From contig CAWFFN010000007.1 in the NCBI GenBank assembly GCA_963815115.1, forward strand, positions 512,001 to 576,000: a stretch of 64,000 nucleotides of DNA. Direction: 5' to 3'. Made by a program: the position numbers and the translations under genes. The stretch comes from an uncultured delta proteobacterium (lineage in GTDB: Bacteria; Desulfobacterota; Binatia; DP-6). The notes beneath the pieces were generated by a model that saw nothing but the letters and a program-made list of their open reading frames with translations, did no database searches and was not told the DNA's origin. How positions within the stretch are numbered: the stretch's first letter is position 1; every line of letters begins with the position of its first letter. Shown here one piece after another: positions 22,159 through 32,292 of this stretch.

Positions 22159-23250
22159 GTGACGGTGCAGGTCCCCCGGCACGCGAGCGACGAGGTGGCC
22201 CTGCCGGTGTCGGAGCCGCTCGTCTCGATCGTCATCACTTGTTACAACTACGCCGAGTTCATCAGCGACTGCCTGCGCTCGGTCCACACGCAGACCTACC
22301 AGCGCTTCGAGTGCATCATCGTCGACGACTGCTCGACCGATGACACCCCGGCCGTCGTGGCCGCCACGCTCGCCGAGCTGGAGGATGCACGTCTGCGCTA
22401 CCGGCGCCTCCCGCGGAACGTCGGGCAGCTCGGCGCACAGATCGAGGGGTTTCGCGAGAGCGCCGGCGAGTTCGTCGTCTTCCTCGACGCCGACGATCTG
22501 CTGTTCCCGCGATTCATCGAGCGGCATCTCTTCGTCCACCACAACATCGAGACCGCGGTCGCGTTCACCAGCTCCAATCAGTGGACCATCTCCCGGGACG
22601 GCCAGGTGCTGTCGAAGCACCATACCGACCTCGTGAGCCGCGTGTACCTCCCGCAGGGTATCGACCTCCAGGTGAAGGACGAGGCGGGACGCCAGCCGCT
22701 GGTCCGGGGCATCCTCTTCCCGTTCTGGCACGACAAGTACGACCCGCCGACGTGGGTCTGGGGCACGCAGAGCACGCTGATGTTCCGGCGCCCCCTGTTG
22801 ACGATGATCCTGCCCGACGCGCCGTCCCGGGCGCAGGACTTCCGCGCTTGCTCGGACTTCTACATCGTCCGTCTCGGCCAGCTGATCGGGGGCTCCTTCG
22901 TGTTCCGCGAGGCGCTCGGCTGCCATCGCCGGCATGGCGCGAACACCTTCTGCCGGAACGGCCTCATCGCCGCCCGCATGCAGACGGGCGACATGCGCGT
23001 TCATCCTTCCCTGGCAGCCTTCCGGACCCTGGCCCTGCGCCTCATGGAGGAGCGCAGGGAGGACTGGGTGTCCGTCCTGGGGCAGGCCCGCTACGACGAC
23101 CTCCGCAACCACGTGCGCTCGCTCCCGGACGACGTCCTGGGCCGGAAACCACCGCGGCACCGGCGAGTCATGCGCAGCATCCTGGTCCGGCTCCTCGGCG
23201 AGCCAGCCTATCTGCGCCTCCGGCTCTCGGTCGGGAAGCTCGTCGGGTGA
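22159..23250 (+). CDS. Glycosyltransferase family 2 (paralog A)
   Basis: VSIVITCYNY, QTY, IVDDCSTD, FLDADD, RRHG-x-N; GGGGAG RBS before GTG 22159. Confidence 0.9.
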   Translation: MTVQVPRHASDEVALPVSEPLVSIVITCYNYAEFISDCLRSVHTQTYQRFECIIVDDCSTDDTPAVVAATLAELEDARLRYRRLPRNVGQLGAQIEGFRESAGEFVVFLDADDLLFPRFIERHLFVHHNIETAVAFTSSNQWTISRDGQVLSKHHTDLVSRVYLPQGIDLQVKDEAGRQPLVRGILFPFWHDKYDPPTWVWGTQSTLMFRRPLLTMILPDAPSRAQDFRACSDFYIVRLGQLIGGSFVFREALGCHRRHGANTFCRNGLIAARMQTGDMRVHPSLAAFRTLALRLMEERREDWVSVLGQARYDDLRNHVRSLPDDVLGRKPPRHRRVMRSILVRLLGEPAYLRLRLSVGKLVG

Positions 23251-23524
23251 TCCGGGGAAGCGTCCAGGACGCGCAGGGGCGGCTTGAGTGTCGCGAATAC
23301 TTCCGCTAGATCGCGCCCGGGCTCAATTGCCGGAGCATCGTTCACGAAGGGCGGGGCACCTCGCGTATCTGGTCGCCGGTTCGTGCGGACCACGTGCCGT
23401 GCTGGCGTGTGCGCATGGGACGCATCCGCCGCGCGTCGACGTCGGTCGCGGTTGCGCAGTGCGACAAACGATATAAGATCGAACGTGGGGGCGTCGCTCT
23501 GGATGCCACTCGCGGGGAGGCGAC

Positions 23525-25063
23525 ATGGAGCGCCACGTTTCTACAGTCGGGGAGGAAAGCGGCTCGTCGGCCGGTGAACACGGCGGCGCGACCAGCAACG
23601 GCGGGCATGCGCCGGGAGGAGGAGCGGTGAGGACGACACCGACGGAGAACTACTTCCAGACGCCCGAGAAGCTCCTGACCAGGCGCGGCGTTCTGTGGCT
23701 CGGCCAGACCTGCAACATCCGCTGCCACTTCTGCTACTTCCTCGATCGCATCGAGAACAAGGATCACCCCGAGCACGCGTTCATGGACATCGAGAAGGCG
23801 AAGCAGATCTGCCACACGCTTCGCTACAAGTACGGCAACACGTCGATCGACATCCAGGGCGGCGAGCCCACGATCTGGCGTCACATCGAGGAGCTCATCA
23901 CCTACTGCCACGAGATCGGCCTCTATCCGACGCTGATCACGAACGCCATCACGCTCGCACGCCGCGAGAAGTGCGAGCAGCTCAAGGAAGCCGGCGTGCA
24001 CGACCTGCTGATCAGCGTCCAGGGCCTCGGTCCGGTGTACGACGAGATCGTCGGTCTGCCGGGTGGCTCCGTGAAGCAGGCCAAGGGCCTGGACAACTGC
24101 ATCGAGGTCGGCATCCCGTTCCGTTTCAACTGCGTGCTCAGCCTGAAGGCCGTCCCGCAGTACGTCGACATCGCCAAGCTCGCCGTGGAGAAGGGCGCCC
24201 TGGCCGTCAACTTCCTGGCGTTCAACCCGTTCGAGGACCAGGCAACCGGCCACCGGTCGACCTTCAACGTTCCCAGCTACACGCAGGTGGCGGGCGAGCT
24301 GAACAAGGCGCTCGACGTGCTGGCCGAGGGCGGCGTCGAGGCAAACGTGCGCTACTTCCCGATCTGCATGGTGGAGGAGCGGCACCGGAAGAGCATCTAC
24401 AACTTCCCGCAGCTCTCCTACGATCCGCACGAGTGGGACTACGACTCGTGGAGCTGGACGGGCCAGCAGCCGCAGCGCATGAAGTGGGGCGATCCCTCCC
24501 AGCCGCACGAGAACCTGGCGGCGGTCACCTACAACTCCTGGGTCTTCAACAAGCCCGAGAACGGGTCCCAGAACCCCCCGCCGGAGCTCACCGGCCTCAA
24601 GGGCAGCGTGAGCCAGGTGCTCGCGCCGTTCCCGGGCACGCTGCAGACCGTGAAGAAGGTCTACTGGTCGGTCCTCGACGTCGCCCGCAAGGGCAAGCAT
24701 CTCGTTCGCGCCAACGGCGACGGGACGGATCCCGGCCTGCGCGTCCCGGACGAGCTCGAGCGCAATCCCGCGGTGTACCGCGATCACGCCGTCGTGCGCG
24801 CCCAGGATCACTGCCGCTATCAGTACGCCGCGCAGTGCAACGAGTGCGACGTGAAGGCGATCTGCGACGGCTTCCACGGCGACTACGCGACGCTCTTCAC
24901 CAGCGACGAGGCGCGCCCGATCCACCTCGGCAGGAAGATCACCGACCCGACCTACTACATCCGGCACCAGGTGAAGATCTACGAGCCCGAGGAAGCGGCG
25001 CGGCCATTCCGCGAGAAGGAGCCGCTGGCTCGCACCGGCGCGCGGCATCCGAGCGCCGCCTGA
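23525..25063 (+). CDS. Radical SAM enzyme with C-terminal Cys cluster
   Basis: CNIRCHFC (CxxxCxxC), QGGEPT, ITNA, RYFPIC, C-terminal C-x7-CNEC-x5-CDG; GGAGG RBS. Confidence 0.92.
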   Translation: MERHVSTVGEESGSSAGEHGGATSNGGHAPGGGAVRTTPTENYFQTPEKLLTRRGVLWLGQTCNIRCHFCYFLDRIENKDHPEHAFMDIEKAKQICHTLRYKYGNTSIDIQGGEPTIWRHIEELITYCHEIGLYPTLITNAITLARREKCEQLKEAGVHDLLISVQGLGPVYDEIVGLPGGSVKQAKGLDNCIEVGIPFRFNCVLSLKAVPQYVDIAKLAVEKGALAVNFLAFNPFEDQATGHRSTFNVPSYTQVAGELNKALDVLAEGGVEANVRYFPICMVEERHRKSIYNFPQLSYDPHEWDYDSWSWTGQQPQRMKWGDPSQPHENLAAVTYNSWVFNKPENGSQNPPPELTGLKGSVSQVLAPFPGTLQTVKKVYWSVLDVARKGKHLVRANGDGTDPGLRVPDELERNPAVYRDHAVVRAQDHCRYQYAAQCNECDVKAICDGFHGDYATLFTSDEARPIHLGRKITDPTYYIRHQVKIYEPEEAARPFREKEPLARTGARHPSAA

Positions 25064-25110
25064 GCGGGATACCGCTTCTCCGATTGGGAGCAGCCATTTC
25101 TCACGCCGCC

Positions 25111-26209
25111 GTGTTGCCCGCCTTCCCCCCAGCGAAGCCTGAAGCTGCGCCTCCGCTGCTCGAAGGGCTGTCCGACCCGCTCGTCTCCGTCGTCATCACC
25201 GCGCACAACTACGGTGCGTTCGTGGGAGCATGCCTGCGCTCGGTTCGGGCTCAGACCTACGACCGATTCGAGTGCCTCGTGATCGATGATTGCTCGACGG
25301 ACGACACACCCACCGTCGTGGGCTCGTTGCTCCAGGAGTGGAACGACCGGCGGTTCCGCTACGTCCGGTTGCCGCAGAACCTGGGTCAATTGGGGGCTCA
25401 GCTCCGGGGTTTCCGCGACAGCCAGCGGGCCGTTCGTCGTGTTTCTCGACGCGGACGATCTCCTGTTTCCGCAGTTCCTCGAGCGCCACCTCTTCGTGCA
25501 TCTCAACATCGAGACCGCGGTGGCCTTCACCAGTTCGAACCAGTGGACGATCTCGGCGGACGGTCAGGTTCTATCACGGTCGCATACCGACTTCGTCAGC
25601 CGACTCTATCTTCAGCAAGGGATCGACCACACGGTGACCAGTCCGGTCGCCGACGCCGAGCCGACAGCCGGCGTCCTGTTTCCCTTCTGGCACGACAAGA
25701 ACGATCCCTGCGTGTGGGTGTGGGGAACCCAGAGCACCATGATGTTCCGGCGTCCCCTGCTGGAGCTCATCCTGCCGTCCTCGGTCCGCCAGACGGAGGC
25801 GTTCCGTGTCTGCGCCGACTTCTATCTGGTACGGTTCGGCCAGCTCATCGGGGGGTCGTTCGTCTTCCGCGAAGCGCTCGGCTGCTATCGCCGGCACGGC
25901 GGGAACAACTTCTCGAAGAACGGGATCATCGCCGCCCGGATGCAGACCGGGGACATGCGCACCCATCCCTCCGCGGGGGCCTACCGGCGACTTGCCCTTC
26001 ACATGCTATCCGAACGCAAGGCCGACATGCTTGCCGTCCTGGGCACTGCGAGATACTTCGAGCTCGAAGCGTTCTTTCAATCACCGACGAGCGATGTCGC
26101 GGCCGCGCGGCCTCTTCACCGCCGCCTCGTCCGCGGCGCGCTCGTTCGTTTGCTGGGCGAGCCCAACTTCGGTCGCCTGCGACTGTCGCTCGGGAGACTC
26201 ATCGGATGA
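25111..26209 (+). CDS. Glycosyltransferase family 2 (paralog B), frameshift near 25423
   Basis: VSVVITAHNY...IDDCSTDD in one frame and FVVFLDADD...HPS in the next; colinear with paralog A; gacagcCagcggg carries one extra base. Start approximate. Confidence 0.85.
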
Positions 26210-26982
26210 TGCAAGACGGCGGTGCCATCCAAGAAGCCACGATGAATTCTGCCTCCTCCACCGAGCCCGGATCCGCGACGGTCGTCTGCGACCACGTCTG
26301 GAGCCCGCACCTGAACGAGCGCGACTGCGTCTGTGCGTTCGTCAAGTGCTCCCGGTGCACGGTGATCAGGAAGCTCTCGCGGTGTCCGTTCCACGAGGCG
26401 AACACCCAGGAGAAACGCCCCTCCCGCGAGTACTTCGAGTCGATGGGCCTGTTCGTCGACGGCATCCCGCAGAACACCTCCTACGCGATGGAGCTGGCTA
26501 CCGCGCTCGAGGAGATGAAGGCCCCGGTTTTCGCCCCGGGAGGCGCCGTCCTGGAGATCGGGTGCGGCGTCGGGCGTCTCGTACCGTGGTTTCTTCGCGG
26601 CGGCTTGCGCTACACGGGGGTGGAACCCGATCCGTGGGCCGGGCGCTACCTCTACGACGCGTATCAGGTTCCCGTCATTGCCGAACCCTGGGAAACCGTG
26701 CCGATCGAACCACGATCGATCGACATCGTGGCCGCGGTGCACTGCCTCGAGCACGTGACCGGCGCGGACGACGCATTCGCAAAGATGGTCACCGCCGCGA
26801 AGCAGTACGTCCTCCTCGTGTTGCCGGAGGGCTGGGACATCTGGAACCCGGACCACTGGTGGATGTTCACCCAGGACGTGCTGCGTATCTGGGCGCAGAA
26901 CCTGGGGCTCCGTCTCCATGGTCCCGTTCAGAAGCGCGTGGCGGAGCCCGAGGACACGATCTACGCGCTCTTCGAGCGATGA
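26206..26982 (+). CDS. Class I SAM methyltransferase with Cys-rich N-terminus
   Basis: VLEIGCGVG motif I, GVEP, HCLEHV, PDHWWMFT; N-terminal CDH..DCVC..KCSRC..RCPFH; ATGA overlap with paralog B. Confidence 0.85.
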   Translation: MMQDGGAIQEATMNSASSTEPGSATVVCDHVWSPHLNERDCVCAFVKCSRCTVIRKLSRCPFHEANTQEKRPSREYFESMGLFVDGIPQNTSYAMELATALEEMKAPVFAPGGAVLEIGCGVGRLVPWFLRGGLRYTGVEPDPWAGRYLYDAYQVPVIAEPWETVPIEPRSIDIVAAVHCLEHVTGADDAFAKMVTAAKQYVLLVLPEGWDIWNPDHWWMFTQDVLRIWAQNLGLRLHGPVQKRVAEPEDTIYALFER

Positions 26983-27063
26983 CCTGAACCGACTCGCAGG
27001 GCACCCTGGCCGATGGTGCCGCATGGACGGCCGCTTTCCCGTGCGGTTCAAGGGGGGGTTGTG

Positions 27064-30000
27064 ATGAAGAAGGGTGCACCGCGTGCGTTCAGCCCCCAGG
27101 CCTGGGTCGCTGCCATCGCGGTCGTCGCCCTGGAGTACTACACGGGCGACGGCTACGGCCGATACTTCTATCCCGCACTGATCCTCGCGTTCTTCTCGCC
27201 GATCGCGCTCCAGCTATGGGCGGTTCTGCTCGTCGTTCGTGCCCTCGGTTCCGCGCATTTCGCGATGCCCGTCGAAGCGTTCACCGGCGTCGACTTCACC
27301 TACGTGCGTCTCATCTTCGTCGCGACCATGCTCGCAGCCGGCGGGCTCTTTGCCGCAAATCCCATCGTGCGTTCGAGTGGCCACCTCGTCCGCAGCAGCC
27401 CATACATGTTCGCCGCACTCCTGGCCCTAGCGGCTACGGTGCTCGTCATCGAAGGGCTGTTCTGGCCCGTGGAGCGGCCGTCGCTGATGTACCTGCTCGC
27501 AGCGGTCGCGCTGATCGCGACCTGGCGCCTGCCGTATCCACGACCTGGCATCCACGGCCCCGTCCAGCCATCCGACAGGCCCCTTGCCGCGCTGGACTAT
27601 GCAGCTCTCTTCCTGCTCTCTCTCGCCACGCTTCTGCTGGAGATGCTGCAGACCCGGATCCTCTCCTTCATGGTGTTCCCGAGCCTCGTGTTCGTTGTGG
27701 TCTCCTTCGCGATGCTCGGCTTCGGCGTCAGCGGCGCTGCACTGTCGATTCGACCGCCACTGCTATGGGCCCGTCCCTCCAGTCGGCTGGCTCAGCTGTC
27801 GATCGCGTTCGGTGCGACCGCCGTGCTCGGCACCGCGATCCTCGGCCGGTTCCCGATCTCGGTCTACACCTTCACCGAGCACCCCCGGAACCTGCCGCTC
27901 CTCGTGATCTACTACATCGCGTCGACGATCCCCTACTATTTTGCAGGTCAGGTCTTCGGTGCGCTGTTCAGCCTCTACCCGCGAGAGATCAACAAGATCT
28001 ATGCCGTCAATCTTCTGGGGTCGGGCCTGGGCTGCCTGCTGTTGGTGCTGCTGATCAGTCCGCTCGGGGGCGAAGGCACACTCCTGGTCGCGGTCATTCT
28101 CGGGTTCGCAGCCGCCGCCGCGTTCGCCGCGCGCAGCTCCGAGAGCCTCGTCGCCGTGTCGGGAACCCTCGTTGTCGTTTGCCTTCTCTTGATCGTCGCA
28201 GGAGCCGATCGCGTGATTCGACTCGAGGTCAGATCCCGACAAGGAACTCGGCGACGTCATCTTCAGGCGCGGAGGGAGGATCGAGTACACTGGCTGGAGT
28301 CCCATCAGCCGCACGGACATCTCCACGGCCCCATCGCTGGAGAACTCCGAGCTCGGGCTGCATCTGCTCGACCGCCCGTGGCCCGTGAAATGGATTTCCG
28401 CCGATGGCTCGGCATCCACGTACATGGCGAAGGGCGTCTCCAGGGATCTCATCCAGGAGGTTCGCTCGAACAGTCGCGTGATGAACGGCTTTCGAATGCT
28501 CCCATATCTGAACGTCGCGAATCCCGACACGCTCATCATCGGGCCCGGCGGGGGCATGGACCTGATCGCCGCGCGCATTCGAGGAGCGAAGAGCATCACT
28601 GCTGTCGACATCAATCCCGTGACTGTCTACGCCATGAAGCACGTGTTCCGAGACTTCAACGGCAACTTGTACAACCAGCCGAGCAACAAGGTGTACGTCG
28701 CCGAGGGTCGCAGCTTCGTCGCGCGCTCCAACCACCGATACACGAACATCCACATGAACGGGGTGGACACGTTGAACGCCCTGGCCGCCGGCGCCAACGT
28801 CACCGCGGAGAACTACCTCTACACGACGGAGGCCATGGTCGATTACCTCAATCACCTCCGCGACGACGGCTTCCTGTCGATAGTGCGCCACTCCTTCGAG
28901 GTGCCGCGCGAGTCGATCAAGCTCTGTACCGCGATGATCGATGCCATGATCCGATTGAATCTCGGCGACGCCTCGAGTCACATCATGCTGATCGGCGGTC
29001 CGCCTCCGGAAGACTGGACGACCTTCCTGGTGAAGAAGTCTCCGCTGACGGCGGAGGACGTCGCACACCTTCAACCCGCCATCGACGCGCACAAGCTGCG
29101 GGTCTTCTACAAGCCCGGGATGCAGGAAACCGACGACATCCCGGCGGATTCTCAGCGGGCCAGGTACTTCATCCGCCTCTTCGAAGCGAACAAGCAGGGG
29201 AAGCTCGCCGAATTCATGGAGTCCTACCCCTATGACATCCACCCGGCCACGGACGACCGGCCCTACTTCTTCAAGATCCAGAAGGCGAGAGCTTACCTGC
29301 ACCCGATGGAGACGGTGACGCCGTACGAGAAGAACTTCGGCCTCATCGCGATCATCATCCTTTGCCTTCAGACCTTGCTCGTGTCACTCGTCCTGATCGT
29401 GGCTCCGCTCGCCCACTTCCATCGCGAGGGACTCAGGGTACCGCATCGGACCAGGTATCTCCTGTACTTCGCGGGTCTCGGGCTTGCGTTCATGCTGATC
29501 GAGCTGTCGCTCATGCAGAAGCTGTCACTCATGCTCGGACATCCGACGTACGCGATCGGCACGGTCCTGAGCTCGATCCTGATCTTCTGCGGCATCGGTA
29601 GCCTCGTCAGCGGCACGCTCCGTCTGACCCCGCGATCCTTGATCGCCATCGCGGCGGCCGGGATCACATTGCTGGTGATGCTGGCCATGTGGTTGCTGCC
29701 CGCCATCACGACGGCCACCCTCGGCTGGCCGCTCTGGCAACGCGCTCTGACGGCCGCCGTGCTCCTCGCGCCACTGGCGTTTTGCATGGGCATACCGTTT
29801 CCGACTGGCCTTCGACTCTTGTCCGACGTCAACCTGCGCTTCATCCCGTGGGCCTGGGGAGCGAATGGCGTCGCGTCGGTGATCGGTAGCGTCGTCTGTA
29901 TCCTCCTGTCGATGGCCTACGGGTTCAACGTGGTGCTCGGGGTTGGTATTGGGGCGTATCTGATTGCCGCGCTGTGCATGCTGACCGCCGTGCCGGCAAT

Positions 30001-30073
30001 CGAGCATCAGAACGCGGCCTCGCCTGTCGTCCACCAGCCATCGATGCACGGTGGGGACCGTCGGGCGAGCTGA
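27064..30073 (+). CDS. Large polytopic membrane protein with spermidine-synthase-like SAM-binding domain, frameshift near 28231
   Basis: TM block (LSLATLLLEMLQTRILS, AMLGFGVSG, IYAVNLLGSGLG), soluble domain IIGPGGGMD/VDINP/AEGRSFV/ENYLYTTEA, PATDDRPYFF, C-terminal TM block (GLAFMLIE, GIPFPTGL, WAWGANG). Removing one A at gtcAgat joins the two frames. Confidence 0.85.
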
Positions 30074-30080
30074 CGGCACG

Positions 30081-31943
30081 ATGCGAAATGCCCTGGCGAT
30101 GGCGCTCGCGATCGCGGCTGCGACCACGATCGCTCGCGCGGACTCGCTGTCGACCGTGGGCTCACCCAGCCCCGCCAGCACGTTCACGATCGACGAGACC
30201 TTCGTCCCTGGCCTTCCGCTTCTGACCGACTTCCGCTTCCTGCCCGACGGGCGCATCGTCGCGATTGCCAAGAGCGGCGACGTCTGGCTGGCGCCGGCGG
30301 GCGGTGGCACGCCGGCGCTGCTCGACACGCTCCGGGTCGACACCGAGAGCGACAAGGGCCTCCTCGGCCTCGCCGTCGATCCGCGCTTCGCCGCCACGCG
30401 GCGCCTCTTCTTCTACTATGCGGCCGCCGACGACGCCGGCGGCACCGACACGGACCGCAGCCGCGTCGTGGCACGCACGCTCGGCGCCGACGACGTGCTG
30501 CAGAGGAGCGAGGCCGTCCTCGTCAGCGGGCTGCGCGGGCCGCTCAACCACAATGGTGGTGGGCTCGACATCGGCCCCGACGACCTCCTCTACGTGGGGG
30601 TCGGCGATACGGGCTGCAACTCGGGCCTGCCTCCCGAGCCCCCGTCGCCGCCGACGAACTTCTACCCGACCTGCCTGGCCGACCATCCGACGGCACGCGG
30701 GGGTGGCACCGGGAAGATCCTTCGTATCCAGCTCGACGGAGGCATCCCGCCAGCGAACCCCCTCGCCGGTGCGACCAACGTCACGGCGTGCGGCGAGACG
30801 TGCGGCACGCCCATCGCGGCGGACCAGCTCGGAGCACCGCGTGCGGAGATCTTCGCCTGGGGCTTTCGCCAGCCCTTCCGCCTGTGGGTCGACCCGATCA
30901 CCGGGCTCGCATGGGTGGGGGACGTCGGGGAGGTCGCCTACGAGGAGATCGACGTCGTGCGCGCCGGGCGGCACCACGGCTGGCCGTGGCGGGAAGGCCG
31001 GCGCGGACATCCCCCGGCGCAATGCCAGCTCGTCCGCGTCGGGACGACGCCCGACGGCCGGCCGATCCTCGACCAGCCGTGCGTCGATCCGGTGTACGTC
31101 TGCCGCCACGATCCCATCGTCGATCCCACCGTCGACGCCGGCTGCGTCTCGATCACCGGCGGCCAGATCGTCGACAGCTGCAGCTGGCCGGCGAGCTTCC
31201 GCGGGCGCTACGTGTTCGGTGACAACGTGACCGGCGCGCTCTGGACCATCGCCCCCAATGCCGACCGCGACGGCGTCGCGGGTGCGCGGGCCGACTTCGC
31301 CGCCATCGATGCCCCGCCGGTGGCCATCCGCACGGGCCCCGACGGCGCTCTCTACGTCGCGGTCTTCGCGGGCCGCATCGCGCGCATCGCACCCCGGGAG
31401 CCGTCCGCCTGCGACGGCGGCTGCCGGCAGGACACGGACTGCGACGACGGAAATCCGTGCACGGACGACGGCTGCGACGCGCCGACGGCTCGATGCCACG
31501 TCCTCGCGAAACCGGGCTGTGCGAGCCCGCCGCCGCCGCCCGCCGGCGAATGTGCGCCCGGCGATGCGGCGCCATGTGAGGACGGCGATGCCTGCAGCAT
31601 CGACGCGTGTGGACCGGATGCGCACTGCACGCACGTTCCGCTGCTCGGTCCGGCGGGAGTGCGCTGCCGCTGCGACGAAACGCTGCCCGCGTGCGCGCAG
31701 ACGCGGCTGCCACGAGCCGCCACGGCCGACCGCGCCCGTGCTTGCCGGCTGGTGGAGCGCATCGACAGCGGCCGCCCGCGCCGCCAGCGCACGCTCGCGC
31801 ACCGGGCTGCGCGGCGCTTCCGCCAGGCGGCCAGGTCGGTGCGTGCGGCGACCGGTAAGCGCCTCGATGCGGCCTGCGGGACGGCGCTCGAGGCACGGCT
31901 TCGCGACGCCGCCACGCGGGCCGTTGCGCTGGTTCCGCGGTAG
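30081..31943 (+). CDS. Secreted PQQ-dependent glucose/sorbosone dehydrogenase-family protein with Cys-rich C-terminal repeats
   Basis: Signal peptide, FLPDGR, GLLGLAVDPRF, NHNGGGL-x-IGPD-x-x-LYVGVGD, GKILRI, GFRQPFR, GDVG...EEID, GWP; then CDDGNPCTDDGC and CEDGDACSIDAC. Confidence 0.88.
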   Translation: MRNALAMALAIAAATTIARADSLSTVGSPSPASTFTIDETFVPGLPLLTDFRFLPDGRIVAIAKSGDVWLAPAGGGTPALLDTLRVDTESDKGLLGLAVDPRFAATRRLFFYYAAADDAGGTDTDRSRVVARTLGADDVLQRSEAVLVSGLRGPLNHNGGGLDIGPDDLLYVGVGDTGCNSGLPPEPPSPPTNFYPTCLADHPTARGGGTGKILRIQLDGGIPPANPLAGATNVTACGETCGTPIAADQLGAPRAEIFAWGFRQPFRLWVDPITGLAWVGDVGEVAYEEIDVVRAGRHHGWPWREGRRGHPPAQCQLVRVGTTPDGRPILDQPCVDPVYVCRHDPIVDPTVDAGCVSITGGQIVDSCSWPASFRGRYVFGDNVTGALWTIAPNADRDGVAGARADFAAIDAPPVAIRTGPDGALYVAVFAGRIARIAPREPSACDGGCRQDTDCDDGNPCTDDGCDAPTARCHVLAKPGCASPPPPPAGECAPGDAAPCEDGDACSIDACGPDAHCTHVPLLGPAGVRCRCDETLPACAQTRLPRAATADRARACRLVERIDSGRPRRQRTLAHRAARRFRQAARSVRAATGKRLDAACGTALEARLRDAATRAVALVPR

Positions 31944-32001
31944 CGGCGGGTGTCCGCTCGTCCCTGACCAGCGCTTGGTTCAGACCTCGCCCTGAACACC
32001 C

Positions 32002-32292
32002 ATGCGGCGGGCTAGCACCAGCAGGTCCGGCGACGGATCGCCCCCCTGGCGACCCGCGTTCGTCGCCGTCCTCGTCGCCCTGCTCCCCGCTGTCGGGTGG
32101 GCGCGCCCCGGAGACATCACCACTTACGTGGGCGCCACGAGCTTCGAAAGCCCGCTGGGCATGCGGGTCGCCACCACGGCGTCGGGGACGCAGCTCTACG
32201 TGGCCGACAGCTCCCAGCACATCGTCCGTCACATCGACCTCGCAACGCAGCGCGTGAGCATCGTGGCTGGCCTCGGAACGCGCGGCTCTGGC
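32002..32292 (+). pseudogene. Truncated secreted NHL-repeat protein fragment
   Basis: Signal peptide followed by GDITTYVG...P-x-G...LYVADSSQHIVRHIDL-x-T-x-x-VSIVAG-x-G, a single NHL-like blade, then an abrupt change in sequence character. Confidence 0.6.

Noticed and set aside
23251-23524. RiPP precursor peptide for the radical SAM enzyme
   Set aside because: The short ORFs here lack an RBS, codon bias or repeated core motifs; there is no RRE, peptidase or exporter, and the context is glycosyltransferases.
23695-26982. 1095-aa multidomain ORF
   Set aside because: A shadow frame of the radical SAM gene joined to the GT2 N-terminus and the methyltransferase through the frameshift.
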